Of a DNA stretch of 64,000 bases, positions 53,737-63,705 are shown in pieces. The position numbers were made by a program, and so were the translations under genes. The stretch is from Nitrospiria bacterium (GTDB lineage: Bacteria > Nitrospirota > Nitrospiria > JACQBZ01). Below the pieces are notes generated by a model. That model was given only the letters and a program-made list of their open reading frames with translations, did not search any database and was not told the DNA's origin. The DNA is taken from assembly GCA_035498035.1 (NCBI GenBank), contig DATKAN010000061.1:19720-83719 (forward strand), written 5' to 3'. How positions within the stretch are numbered: the first letter of the stretch is position 1; each line of letters starts with the position of its first letter.

Positions 53737-54336
53737 TCAAAGTTGAAGGATGATGGAAAGAATTTCGGTCCTTGAATTGACTTTTAATCGCCTCATGATG
53801 TGTTTTAAATGCCCTTTGATCGTATCTTCAGAAACACAAAGAGCATCGGCGATTCGCTTATTGGTCAATCCGGAAAAAAGGTGTTTAACAATTTCCATTT
53901 GGCGATTGGTTAATTGAAAGCGGCTTCTTAATTTTTCCAGATCAATTTGTCGATGTTGCGAAACCTTCTCGATCAACATCATGATATGAAAAGCCTGCCC
54001 CGCTTGAGCGTCATCGCCGTTGAGAGGGAACCCTCTACAACAATACATCGCATCCTGGGTCGAAAACAAGGAAATTTGAGGGGCGACCTGAGCCTGATGA
54101 TCATCGCGACATGCCAAATAACTCTTTTTAAGATTTTCGTACAAATTAAAAATTTCTTTTGGGATCGTAACACCCATCATAAGATGATCGGAGTCCGAAT
54201 GGTTTCCGTTTACTTTGGAAAGGATTCCTAACGCGACCGGATTAAAAAAAACAGGTTCTTGACGATGGTTGAAGACAAGAATACCAGGCACTGAGCGCCT
54301 GTTTGCAACCTCGAGAAGATCCATATACACCCTCAT
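53737..54336 (-). CDS. LuxR-type HTH transcriptional regulator with N-terminal PAS-like region
   Basis: LTNRQMEIVKHLFSGLTNKRIADALCVSEDTIKGHLKHIMRRLKVNSR. Confidence 0.88.
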   Translation of the reverse strand: MRVYMDLLEVANRRSVPGILVFNHRQEPVFFNPVALGILSKVNGNHSDSDHLMMGVTIPKEIFNLYENLKKSYLACRDDHQAQVAPQISLFSTQDAMYCCRGFPLNGDDAQAGQAFHIMMLIEKVSQHRQIDLEKLRSRFQLTNRQMEIVKHLFSGLTNKRIADALCVSEDTIKGHLKHIMRRLKVNSRTEILSIILQL

Positions 54337-54377
54337 ATGTGGTGTGAAGGAAGGGACCTACAAGGTACTTGAGCTAA

Positions 54378-54406
54378 AACATACAATAACTCAAGATCCT
54401 TGTCAA
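54378..54406 (-). promoter_or_regulatory. Sigma70-type promoter of the LuxR-type gene
   Basis: Minus strand TTGACA-N17-TATGTT. Confidence 0.5.
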
Positions 54407-54712
54407 CACATTTTATGATAGGATTTCCTTGTTAATAAACTATTCATAAAGCGGTTAATTCATGAGCAATTATCGGCTCATAATCCTGCTCAGATCCATA
54501 GGAATCTTGCGCAGGGTCCGAATCGCACATTTCCAGCTGTTGATCGCATCGTGCTATCTTGATCCAACCCGTTTGGATAATGGTAAAAAAAAATGGAACC
54601 CCCTTGATTTTCCTTGACATTGCCCCATATAAATGTTATGTATATAACAATTCTGTATTATGTATCCTATTCTAATTTCAACCGTAAACTCGTATTTTGA
54701 TCTAAAGAGGCA

Positions 54713-55042
54713 ATGAGTATAGAACCAGATAAAGATGAGCGACGCCGGTCAAAACGGTCTTCTCTCTCGGAAAAAGCCACTTGTGAGGTTAGCAGTCACC
54801 TGCTTTTACACAAGGCCCGAGGAAATCAGTCCACCACGATCATCAATTCAAATATCAAAAATATCAGTGAAGGAGGCGTCTGCCTCATGACAAAAGAACG
54901 CTTGGAAACTTCCCAGATTGTGAAGATCAGCCTTCCCCTCCCCCATGTTAAAATGAGTACTCCAACACTGGCAGAGGTCAGATGGGTTAGGAAAGACCCA
55001 GGCAAACGCCTCTATCGCGCCGGCCTACGTTTTCTTTTATAA
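54713..55042 (+). CDS. PilZ domain protein
   Basis: ERRRSKR (RxxxR) and NISEGG (D/NxSxxG), EVRWV, YRAGLRF. Confidence 0.88.
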   Translation: MSIEPDKDERRRSKRSSLSEKATCEVSSHLLLHKARGNQSTTIINSNIKNISEGGVCLMTKERLETSQIVKISLPLPHVKMSTPTLAEVRWVRKDPGKRLYRAGLRFLL

Positions 55043-55283
55043 ACATGCCCTGTGCCTCAACTGTTCTATTTCGTCTGCTAAGAATAAGCCTCGACCATTT
55101 GTATAAAAAGATTAAATATAACAATAAATTAAAATAATTTAATCATGTTTTATTATAAGATTTTTAATATTTACTTTTAATCGTACTGGACTGGATGGAA
55201 CAGCTTTAAATCGTCGCCTTGAATTTGTTCAAACCGTTTTGAAATCCTGGAAAAAATCCATGCTGCCACAGATAAATTCAAGG

Positions 55284-56483
55284 TCAATAATGATGAACTC
55301 GGGCTGGCATCAGCCATGCGAGCAACAAGCCGGGCCATGAGGTCACAAAAGCGATTAAAAAGAATGCGGTAAAACCGACGCCGGCCGCCACGAAGCCGCT
55401 AACGCCTCCGGCCAGCGTAGCCGGCACGGACATCAACGCCGAACCGATCGCAAAGTGGGTGGCTTGAAATTCCCGTCGACAACGCTGCATTAAAAATACG
55501 AGAAGTGCCGCGGTGCCGAGACCGGCCGCAATTTGTTCAAAGGCAATCACCAAACTCACCCCCAACAAACCAGGTTTTTCGTAAGCCATCCATGCGTACG
55601 CCGGAATCGCCAAACTTTGTGCAAGGGTAAAGGGAAAAAGGCAGCGGCGCAATCCAAGGCGGCTGATGGCCCCCCCGCCGACCAATGCGCCCGCGATGCT
55701 TGTGACGGTGCCCAGCGTGCCGGATAAAAATCCACGCGCGGCGGTGTCGTATCCCAGGTCCCTCAAAAGTGGCGTGGCCATCGCAAACATCATTGCATCT
55801 CCGGCACGAAACAGGAGGATGAAGGAAAGAATCATCACAATGTGCGGTTGTCGCAGGTATGTTATAAAGGCCTCCGCGATCACCGAAACCTTCCAAACAT
55901 TTCTATGTACCCGGACTTCCTGTAAGCGAAGATGATGGACCAGACCCAGAACGACCATAATCCCTCCGGCCGTCAAGAAACAGATCTCCCATGAAACCAT
56001 GCCGGCCAACACCACAAGGGCGCCGTTGCCTACCAATAAAGCGATCTTGTAGGCGGCCACCCGGACGCCGGAAAAGGCCGCCTGATCCACGTCGTTTAAC
56101 GATTGAATATAATAACCGTCCACGGCAATGTCATGGGTGGCGGCCAAAAATGCAACGATCAAAAATATCTTGGCCGCCAGAGCCAAATCGAAATTCATGG
56201 CCGGCCAGGTCAGAAAGGCGATGGCCAGCGCAATCAATAATTCGAACCCGACAAGCCAACTCTTTTTATTACTGAAAACATCGATCAGCGGACTCCATAA
56301 AAATTTCAAGTTCCACGCCAAGCCATAGAGGGAGGTCAATCCTATCGCCTGAAGACTGGCGCCGGATGCGGTAAAAAACTGAGCAGAGATTTGATGAACG
56401 ACCGAGTAAGGCAGGCCTTCGGCAAAATAAGTACTCGAAGTCCAAAAAGCCGTAAATGAACGGCGGGAAACAGGGGGCGTCAT
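55284..56483 (-). CDS. AmpG-family MFS permease
   Basis: YFAEGLPY, WNLKFLWSPLID, ATHDIAVDGY, multiple TM helices. Confidence 0.85.
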   Translation of the reverse strand: MTPPVSRRSFTAFWTSSTYFAEGLPYSVVHQISAQFFTASGASLQAIGLTSLYGLAWNLKFLWSPLIDVFSNKKSWLVGFELLIALAIAFLTWPAMNFDLALAAKIFLIVAFLAATHDIAVDGYYIQSLNDVDQAAFSGVRVAAYKIALLVGNGALVVLAGMVSWEICFLTAGGIMVVLGLVHHLRLQEVRVHRNVWKVSVIAEAFITYLRQPHIVMILSFILLFRAGDAMMFAMATPLLRDLGYDTAARGFLSGTLGTVTSIAGALVGGGAISRLGLRRCLFPFTLAQSLAIPAYAWMAYEKPGLLGVSLVIAFEQIAAGLGTAALLVFLMQRCRREFQATHFAIGSALMSVPATLAGGVSGFVAAGVGFTAFFLIAFVTSWPGLLLAWLMPARVHHY

Positions 56484-56492
56484 GCTCGCCGC

Positions 56493-56837
56493 CTATTCGT
56501 CTTCACGGTTCCGAAGGGAGAAAACCTGGGGATGATAATATTCACCCGTATCCAGAAACTCAACGCCCAGAAAAATCCCGTCGGCTTGTTTCGCAACCCA
56601 GCGGACTTTCCCGATGAGGACCTCATCAGCCCAAGACTCGTTTAGATCCCCCAATTGGCAATGAATCAGGAGGCGGTTATCAACATAAACGGGAAAATCC
56701 TCCATGATCGACAGACTTATACAGGAGCCGGCGTGAGATATATCTTTCACCATTCCGGAGAAACAGACCACATCCGTTGAAATATCGACTCGAAGCGGTC
56801 TGTATGGGGAAATGCGCGGGCCGGATCGCGGTTTCAT
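56493..56837 (-). CDS. PilZ-like domain protein
   Basis: PRISPYRP, DISHAG, GKVRWV, LGVEF. Confidence 0.7.
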   Translation of the reverse strand: MKPRSGPRISPYRPLRVDISTDVVCFSGMVKDISHAGSCISLSIMEDFPVYVDNRLLIHCQLGDLNESWADEVLIGKVRWVAKQADGIFLGVEFLDTGEYYHPQVFSLRNREDE

Positions 56838-56947
56838 CCTCTTTCTCCAATTTCGTATATATATTTACACGTTACAGATCATTCTGTCAATCATTTCGGT
56901 CGGCGTGATCCACATCCCGATCCCTAACCAAAACAAGGGATTTCCAT

Positions 56948-56988
56948 AAAAAATGGGGCGCAGTGCCAAATGGCACCGCGCCCCATTT
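56948..56988 (-). terminator. Intrinsic terminator after the small secreted protein gene
   Basis: Minus strand ATGGGGCGCGGTGCC-ATTT-GGCACTGCGCCCCAT-TTTTT. Confidence 0.85.
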
Positions 56989-57004
56989 CGAAACATTCGC
57001 AGAG

Positions 57005-57271
57005 TTACTTCTTTTCAATGGTCTTGACGGATTTGGCATGACCCTTCGCCACATCCACCTCGACCATTTCCCCCACCTTAACGTCACCGGTTTTCTGAGT
57101 GGTGTTGTCAAAATGGATCTTGTGCTCCTTCCCCTTTTTATCCTTTACAAAGTAGAATGAGCCCTTGTCGTCGATTTTGGTTACCTCGCCCGCAATCATA
57201 CCGGCCCAGCTCATGCCTACAAAGGACAGGACGACTACGGCCATTACAAGACTGGATAGAACCCTCTTCAT
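57005..57271 (-). CDS. Small secreted beta-rich (OB-fold-like) protein
   Basis: Signal peptide ending SWA, GEVTKID...VKVGEMVEV; strong SD GAGAGGGGG. Confidence 0.7.
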   Translation of the reverse strand: MKRVLSSLVMAVVVLSFVGMSWAGMIAGEVTKIDDKGSFYFVKDKKGKEHKIHFDNTTQKTGDVKVGEMVEVDVAKGHAKSVKTIEKK

Positions 57272-57364
57272 ATTTACTCACCCCCTCTCGTGTACTGATT
57301 TAATAACTACCCTTACGTGATCCCGCTCGTTTATGATGGCTTTCTATGCATCCTGATCTGATTT

Positions 57365-57381
57365 AGCAAATTCAATGCCAA
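57365..57381 (-). promoter_or_regulatory. Sigma54 (-24/-12) promoter
   Basis: Minus strand TTGGCATTGAATTTGCT = GG-N10-GC, about 95 nt upstream of the 57005-57271 gene. Confidence 0.7.
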
Positions 57382-57520
57382 CTTCAACGCTTTGTAATTT
57401 AAAGTCTTTTTTTATAAACCGCCCGCGGTTTGCCGCATTTACGGCATCGGCGCCTTATATAGGGCAGGATCAGATAACAAAAGATGGAATCCTGATTCAG
57501 TGCTTTGTATAATTGAATTC

Positions 57521-58708
57521 ATGATCCGAACCGGCGTTGGACAATCCACCCAAATGTCGCCCCAAAAGGCGGCCCGTGAGGCGGCCCGGATGGCCATGAA
57601 ACGCGCCGGTATGAACAGGGCCGATTTGGTTCTTGTGTTTGCCTCGGTATCTTATCACCCTTACTATCCCCTGCTCCTCAAGGCGCTTCGAAACGAAATC
57701 GAAACCGCCCATCTCCTCGGTTGCAGTGGATTCGGTGTGATCACAACCGATGGCGAGTGGGAAAACGAGCCTGCGGTCGCGGTCATGATTCTGGCCTCTG
57801 ATACCGTTACGGCATCACCGTTTCTCTTTCATCCTCTCCAGGGCCAGGCGGAGCTGATCGGCCGAACCATTGGCGGTATGACCCTCACAGACCGTAAAGA
57901 CGGCGCTTATTCTTCCATCGGCGTCCTTCTTCCCGATTCATACAACTTCCAACCCAAACCGTTCTTCCATGGAGTCACCAGCGCCAACGAAAAGGCCGTC
58001 CTGATCGGGGGAGGGGCTTCGGAAGACGGCAGCTTGATGCAGACCCTCCAGATCTATCAAGATCAGGTATTGTCCGATGCGGTGACGGGCTTTGTCCTGA
58101 ACGGCTCCTTCACCCACACGATCGGTCTCAGCCAGGCCTGCCATCCTGTCGGAAATCCGATGATGGTGACCCGTGCGCGTCACAACACCATTTATGAACT
58201 GGCCGGCCGCGCGGCGCTCGACTGTTATTCGGGTTTGTTTACCAATATACCGACGCAGGCAATTCGCGAAGCGACCGGTCTTATTTTCATCGGGTTTCCG
58301 GCCGATGTCACCGAGTCACGATTCCATCGGGGGTCGTACCTTGTCCGAAGCGTGGTTGGAGTGGATCCGGTGGAAAGAAGCATCACCGTGCCCGAAGCGG
58401 TGGAGGAAGGCCAGGTGGTATCTTTCATGATACGCGAACCCACCCAAGCCATGCACGACATGGAATCCATGGTTTCGGACCTGGCCAAAATCCATCGCGA
58501 CCGTCCACCTGCTTTCGCCATGTATTTCGACTGCTGCGGGCGGGGCCGATCTCTATACGGCAAAACGGGGGTCGATCTCTCCATTATTAAAAAACACTTT
58601 GGTGAGATTCCGTTGATCGGCTTCTTGAGCTATTCCGAGATTGCTCCGATCCACGGCGTTCCTCATTTTCACAATTACTCCGGGATTCTGGTCCTGATCA
58701 GTGAATGA
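57521..58708 (+). CDS. FIST domain signal-transduction protein
   Basis: LLGCSGFGVI, LIGGGAS, SQACHPVG, ELAGRAAL, DCCGRG, PLIGFLSYSEI, HNYSGIL. Start at ATG 57521. Confidence 0.88.
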   Translation: MIRTGVGQSTQMSPQKAAREAARMAMKRAGMNRADLVLVFASVSYHPYYPLLLKALRNEIETAHLLGCSGFGVITTDGEWENEPAVAVMILASDTVTASPFLFHPLQGQAELIGRTIGGMTLTDRKDGAYSSIGVLLPDSYNFQPKPFFHGVTSANEKAVLIGGGASEDGSLMQTLQIYQDQVLSDAVTGFVLNGSFTHTIGLSQACHPVGNPMMVTRARHNTIYELAGRAALDCYSGLFTNIPTQAIREATGLIFIGFPADVTESRFHRGSYLVRSVVGVDPVERSITVPEAVEEGQVVSFMIREPTQAMHDMESMVSDLAKIHRDRPPAFAMYFDCCGRGRSLYGKTGVDLSIIKKHFGEIPLIGFLSYSEIAPIHGVPHFHNYSGILVLISE

Positions 58709-58736
58709 CTGCCCTCGCTGAATCCACCGATGCCGA

Positions 58737-60002
58737 TCATCCTTTCTTACTTTGGCAAGAGTGATAGGGTCGTTCGTTTTGAACGGCAGTGACCTGGAGG
58801 GGCTCGTCCAACCGTAATTCCTGCTCATAAATCGTAAACACATGCGGAACGTCGATGGAGAGACCGAACTTGTTCTGAAGGCGCCGGTACTGAGCCTCGG
58901 TCATGATATGGTATTTTACCGATGCTCTCAACGTCAACCCTTGAAGGTTTCTCGGCGACCAATATCGAAACACATAATCCCGACTCATTAACGGACTGAG
59001 GCGATTTTCATAAACCTCCACAATAACCGGCCACCATACGATCCAGCGCCTCATGGTGCTCTCCTGGCGTTTAATCACCGCTCCCGACGCATCCACGACC
59101 TCGAAGGTCACGGTAAAGTACCGGTCCGGATCGCCCGTTGGGATTTTGTGACCGGCCCCGCTGTTGGTCAAGGTTAAGGTAAATGTTACATCCTGCCCCG
59201 GCTGCAAAACGCTTCGGTCGGCCGTAAGCCGGACCGACGCGGCCCGCTGGATCATTTCAGGAAAATGTCCGCCCCGCCAGAGATGCTGTCGGCCTGACCG
59301 GACCCGGCCCCCCGATACCAACGGGCGGTTGATGCTCGGCATGTGGCAATCCTGACAGATCTTCCCTTCTTTATAATACGGGCCGGCCTCGAATTCAGGA
59401 AAAGTCGAACAAGGACCGCCGTTGTAGAATTGAAAGGGCCCGGCGGGGACCTGGTGGCAGGTGAAACATATATCCGTGGATCGGAAACGCGGAGAGTATC
59501 GCGTTGGATGAGGGGCTTCGATGCCCTCAAACGGTCCCTCGATCACACCGTCACGCACATGACAAGAAGCACAGGTGATGCCCTCTTGTTGAAAATCGGC
59601 ATCGTAATGAGGATTATCCTCCTTAATCGGCTTGTAGACCTTTCCGTTTTCAAGCCCCTTGATCAGCCAAGGCTGCTGCGGTTGCATGGGCGAGTGGCAG
59701 TTCAAGCAGATCCAGATATGCTCGTCCTTGTTCCAGTAGGCCTGAAAGAATGGATCGACATAGGCCTTCGAGTGCATGGACGTTTTCCATTCTTCATAGA
59801 TTTCTCTGTGGCAGCCCCCGCACTGCCCCGCCCGGATTCCGGGAATTCCCGGTACGGGTTTGTCATACGAAACCGCTTTTGAAAAATCTTCGCGAAGACC
59901 GAAGATGATTTTCGAGTGGACCTTCTGATAGACGAAAAAGAGGAGGATCGCGACCAGGGCGATACCCCCTAACAAGACCGCCGGTTTCCGGGGGAGACGC
60001 AT
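58737..60002 (-). CDS. Membrane-anchored pentaheme cytochrome c (c554-like) with C-terminal beta domain
   Basis: CGGCH, CLNCH, CASCH, CFTCH, CQDCH; EEWKTSMH; GHKIPTG; N-terminal TM helix. Confidence 0.85.
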   Translation of the reverse strand: MRLPRKPAVLLGGIALVAILLFFVYQKVHSKIIFGLREDFSKAVSYDKPVPGIPGIRAGQCGGCHREIYEEWKTSMHSKAYVDPFFQAYWNKDEHIWICLNCHSPMQPQQPWLIKGLENGKVYKPIKEDNPHYDADFQQEGITCASCHVRDGVIEGPFEGIEAPHPTRYSPRFRSTDICFTCHQVPAGPFQFYNGGPCSTFPEFEAGPYYKEGKICQDCHMPSINRPLVSGGRVRSGRQHLWRGGHFPEMIQRAASVRLTADRSVLQPGQDVTFTLTLTNSGAGHKIPTGDPDRYFTVTFEVVDASGAVIKRQESTMRRWIVWWPVIVEVYENRLSPLMSRDYVFRYWSPRNLQGLTLRASVKYHIMTEAQYRRLQNKFGLSIDVPHVFTIYEQELRLDEPLQVTAVQNERPYHSCQSKKG

Positions 60003-60198
60003 AGGTTTAGAATACTATGCGCGATGGCCGTAGTCAAATAAAGGCGAGGATTCCCAATGCATGTTCAACGTCCTGTATGGTCCGGGACATTTGATACGAT
60101 TGGCTGTTCTGCTTTTGATTCGCTCCACTCGAATCCGGCGTGCGGCGGAGCCAGCGGGGCGGGACATGGTGGGGAAATTTAGAGAATTACGGCGGATT

Positions 60199-60705
60199 TC
60201 AGGGCGATTGAGACGCAGGTTGATCCTGGCGGGCGTCCACAATGGTGAAGTCCCCCTGGGCGACTACATCTTTCTTAATGTACTTGACTCGATAGGTATG
60301 ACGATCCGCGTTTATTCCCTTCGGAGAGAGTGACCAGAAGGCCTGCGACGTCGAAAAGTTGTAGAGACCGGCGTCGGTCGGCTCAACGGGCATCTTATTT
60401 CGATCCAGCGGAATTTCCCGTCCGTCGCTAGAAACTTCGTAAAGAGCGACGATCAGTTCTTTGACCCCGGCGTTTTTTTTAAACTTCAGAACCCAGGCTA
60501 CGTTCTCACCCAGGGTAAATGTCGTTGTGGGATCAACGACGGATCGGCCGCTGGGATCCAGCGCTTTCCCGAAAGCGAGGCTCGCTTCCATCGAATGGGG
60601 TCGCATCGCGTGGATGAATTCGGAAACCTCTTGCCGAAAAACCAACCCTCCGACGCCCAGCAACACGACCACCGCCAACGCAACCCCTCTTCCGGTCTTC
60701 ATCAT
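60199..60705 (-). CDS. Exported hypothetical protein
   Basis: N-terminal hydrophobic helix followed by a beta-rich domain; co-oriented within the gene run. Confidence 0.6.
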   Translation of the reverse strand: MMKTGRGVALAVVVLLGVGGLVFRQEVSEFIHAMRPHSMEASLAFGKALDPSGRSVVDPTTTFTLGENVAWVLKFKKNAGVKELIVALYEVSSDGREIPLDRNKMPVEPTDAGLYNFSTSQAFWSLSPKGINADRHTYRVKYIKKDVVAQGDFTIVDARQDQPASQSP

Positions 60706-60720
60706 CGACCCGCTTTTTCT

Positions 60721-61731
60721 TTAATCCGCGCGGATGAACGAGTAGTTGCGGGCGTTTTGATGGATCATGGCCAGGTGAGATTCGGAAAGCCGGTGACGGA
60801 GGCTTTTATTTTCCAGGGCTTGGTTGGTGTCGGAGACGGTTGTGTTGTCGGTGCAAATCGCGACCGGAATACCGTATTCCAGAAATGTAAAGATTGGGTG
60901 GGGGCGACCGCGTTTGACCGCGCCGGTCTGATAATTGGACGTGATGCAGCATTCGATCAGGATCTTGTCGCGGGCCAAGCGGCGTAAAAGCACCTTGTCA
61001 CGCACCGATGAACAGCCGTGCCCGATTCGGGTCACGCCCAGTTCATCGATGGCCTGCCAAACGGCGTGGGGTCCCTCGTCCTCGCCGGCATGAATGGTGA
61101 GACCGAGTCCTCCGGTTCGTGCAATGGCATAGGCGTCTTTAAACAAGGCGGGCGGATTTCCACGCTCGGCACCGGCCACGTCAAACCCGATCACACCCGT
61201 GCGTTCATGAAACTGTTGACCTTCGGAGACGGCGGCACGGGCCAGGATCTTGGCGATGTGGGGACCGTGTTGGCGCATGGCGATCACGATCAACCCAGCC
61301 CGGATTGGGAATCGTTTCCTGGCTCGATTCATCCCGCCCAGGGCGGCGCTGATCGTCTGTCGCAAGGTCAGGCCGGCAAAGGTGTGGATGACGGGGGAAT
61401 AACGGAGTTCGAGGAGTCGGACTTGATTTCGGTAAGCTTCTTCAACTATGGCTTCAATCACCCGGGCGATGTTTTCATAAAATTGGGTGATCCAGAGGGG
61501 ATAATGAAACTTGTCCAAATAACTGAGCAGGCTTCCCTTCTCCCGATCCTGAAGAACAAGGAGTTTTTCCATCTGGGTCATGGTCCCGACCGGATTGAGC
61601 CCGTGCCGCTTCATCAGCTTCCAGGCCAAGCCGACCGGAATCGAGCCGTCCACATGCTGGTGGAGTTCCACTCTTTGGGTGCGGCTCGGAAGGGAGGGCG
61701 AGGGCTTCTGTGATGATTTTTTAAATCCCAT
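60721..61731 (-). CDS. add: Adenosine deaminase family protein
   Basis: ELHQHVDGS, LELRYSP, GFDVAGAE, TIHAGE, RIGHG, CITSN, CTDN. Confidence 0.88.
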   Translation of the reverse strand: MGFKKSSQKPSPSLPSRTQRVELHQHVDGSIPVGLAWKLMKRHGLNPVGTMTQMEKLLVLQDREKGSLLSYLDKFHYPLWITQFYENIARVIEAIVEEAYRNQVRLLELRYSPVIHTFAGLTLRQTISAALGGMNRARKRFPIRAGLIVIAMRQHGPHIAKILARAAVSEGQQFHERTGVIGFDVAGAERGNPPALFKDAYAIARTGGLGLTIHAGEDEGPHAVWQAIDELGVTRIGHGCSSVRDKVLLRRLARDKILIECCITSNYQTGAVKRGRPHPIFTFLEYGIPVAICTDNTTVSDTNQALENKSLRHRLSESHLAMIHQNARNYSFIRAD

Positions 61732-61733
61732 GC

Positions 61734-62144
61734 CTATTTCTTGGATTTCAGGCTTCCGATTCCGTCGTAATATACCTTGAAATACCTCAGCAGGTCGCGC
61801 ACGGATATAATTCCGATCAACTTCCCTTTCTCTGTAATACCCAAATGCCGGATCCCTTTATCTTTCATTAAATCGTTGGCCCGCTCCGGGGATTCGGTGA
61901 TTTCGATCGAAATAATCGGGCTGCTCATAATGGACGAAACATAGGCTTTCTCGGGGTTGAGCCCTTCCGCAACGGCCTTTCGGGCCAGGTCCGTTTCACT
62001 GATGATCCCGACCTCCTGACCGCTCCGGGTCACGATAAGGGAACCGATTCGGCGGTCCCGCATCCTCTGGGCCGCGGCTTTCAGGACCGCGTCGTGATCG
62101 ATCGTCTCCACCTTTTTATTAACAAGCATATTCAAAAAGTCCAT
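61734..62144 (-). CDS. CBS domain protein
   Basis: Two CBS repeats (IGSLIV...GIISETD; IRHLGI...GIISVRDL). Confidence 0.9.
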   Translation of the reverse strand: MDFLNMLVNKKVETIDHDAVLKAAAQRMRDRRIGSLIVTRSGQEVGIISETDLARKAVAEGLNPEKAYVSSIMSSPIISIEITESPERANDLMKDKGIRHLGITEKGKLIGIISVRDLLRYFKVYYDGIGSLKSKK

Positions 62145-62169
62145 TGCCTGCTCCTTGGTGTCGGTTGAT

Positions 62170-63021
62170 CTATCTCCTCCGGGCGATCACCATGATATTA
62201 AACCCGAGACGATTAAATGGGAATATCCCGGAGACCGCCAGGTCAATCGTACCAAGCCATATCGCCAGTCGCCCCCAAATCGTCCGGTGGTCCTGTTCCA
62301 GTACGTAGCGGTCCGGAATGAAAGAGGCCAGGATATTATGGCCGTGATACCCGGTGATCTTAAAACCATGCGGTTTCAGGAGAGCCGCCAGTTCACGATG
62401 GGTAAAGGCCTTAAACCGCATGCCCTCCCATTCCCGGGTATCGTGACCCCGGCCCCGACTTCGGATCGCATCCCAAAGCTCACGGGGTTTATAAAGAAGC
62501 CCGGCATTCCATTTATTATCCACTTCGAAGGAGATCAAGGCGTCGGTGATTGAGACGCGGCTGATCTCGGACAGGGCTTGATCATATCCATCCGTGATAT
62601 GGCTCAGGACGTCACCGTAGGAAATGACGCAATCGAAGTACTGGTCGGGAAAGGGCAGTTTTCGCGCATCTTCCTTCACGAAACGAACGTGGGGAAAGTC
62701 GCGGCAGCGCTCTCTTGCAACGGACAAGAGGTCTTCGGCGATGTCGACCCCGATAACCTCATCGCCGTGACGGGCCAGTCGAACCGTCTGGGCCGCGTTC
62801 CCGCACCCGAGGTCTAAAATTTTTTTGTACCGTCTTCCATCCAGGATCTGATGCAGGAGCTTGTCATAGAGGCGATAGGCGTTTATAAAGAAGGGTTGAC
62901 GTTCGATGATTCGGTCATAATCCTCGGTGAGACGCTTATAGGCCAACGCCACTTCGTGATTCGGCAAGGTCGACTCCGTTGACGGCTGCTTATTATACGG
63001 CAAATAAAAATGCCCTGACAA
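62170..63021 (-). CDS. Class I SAM-dependent methyltransferase
   Basis: ILDLGCGNA, GVDIA, DARKLPF.DQYFDCV. Confidence 0.9.
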   Translation of the reverse strand: MSGHFYLPYNKQPSTESTLPNHEVALAYKRLTEDYDRIIERQPFFINAYRLYDKLLHQILDGRRYKKILDLGCGNAAQTVRLARHGDEVIGVDIAEDLLSVARERCRDFPHVRFVKEDARKLPFPDQYFDCVISYGDVLSHITDGYDQALSEISRVSITDALISFEVDNKWNAGLLYKPRELWDAIRSRGRGHDTREWEGMRFKAFTHRELAALLKPHGFKITGYHGHNILASFIPDRYVLEQDHRTIWGRLAIWLGTIDLAVSGIFPFNRLGFNIMVIARRR

Positions 63022-63030
63022 GCGATTTGA

Positions 63031-63705
63031 TCAGCGTCCCATCGTCCGTCGAAGGAATTCCTCAAGGGAAGCGCTGGTTAGAAATGGGTTTTGGCGTTTT
63101 TCGTCGCCGAGGGTCGAGACCGGCACCGGAGCATAATGATGCCCGGGATAAACCTTGATGTGGTCCTCCAACCGTTTAAGGGTACCCGTCAGGCTTTGAA
63201 ACATCTCTTCCGGGCTTCCTCCCGGCAGATCGCATCGTCCGCAGCCGTTGATGAAGAGCGTATCCCCGGTGATCAATCGCCCCTCCACATAGAAACACTG
63301 TGAACCCGGGGTGTGACCGGGAGTATGGATGAACGTGACGTTCAAATCGCCCACCTTGACCGCATCCCCGCTCTCGATTTTCTTGATATTGCCCCCGCCA
63401 TACCGAAGCGCCGCCGCCTCTTTCTTATGGACGAAGACGCGGGCATCCGTCTGCTTTAGAAGCTCTTCCACGCCGTTGATATGGTCAAAATGAGTATGGG
63501 TCAGAAGGATCGTCTTGATCTGGAACCGATGATTCTTCGCGATCGTGAGGATGGCCTGCACATCCCACGCCGGATCCACCACCGCCGCTTCGCGGGTTTT
63601 CTCACAGCCGATCAAGTAAACAAAATTCTGCATCGGACCGAGTTCCACCTGATGCAGAAACAGGGCCGGCCCGTCTATATCGGATGTTTTCTTCATCCGG
63701 CTCAC
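63031..63705 (-). CDS. Metallo-beta-lactamase-fold hydrolase (glyoxalase II-like)
   Basis: THTHFDH, TPGHTPGS, TGDTLF, GRCD, YPGH. Confidence 0.9.
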   Translation of the reverse strand: MSRMKKTSDIDGPALFLHQVELGPMQNFVYLIGCEKTREAAVVDPAWDVQAILTIAKNHRFQIKTILLTHTHFDHINGVEELLKQTDARVFVHKKEAAALRYGGGNIKKIESGDAVKVGDLNVTFIHTPGHTPGSQCFYVEGRLITGDTLFINGCGRCDLPGGSPEEMFQSLTGTLKRLEDHIKVYPGHHYAPVPVSTLGDEKRQNPFLTSASLEEFLRRTMGR

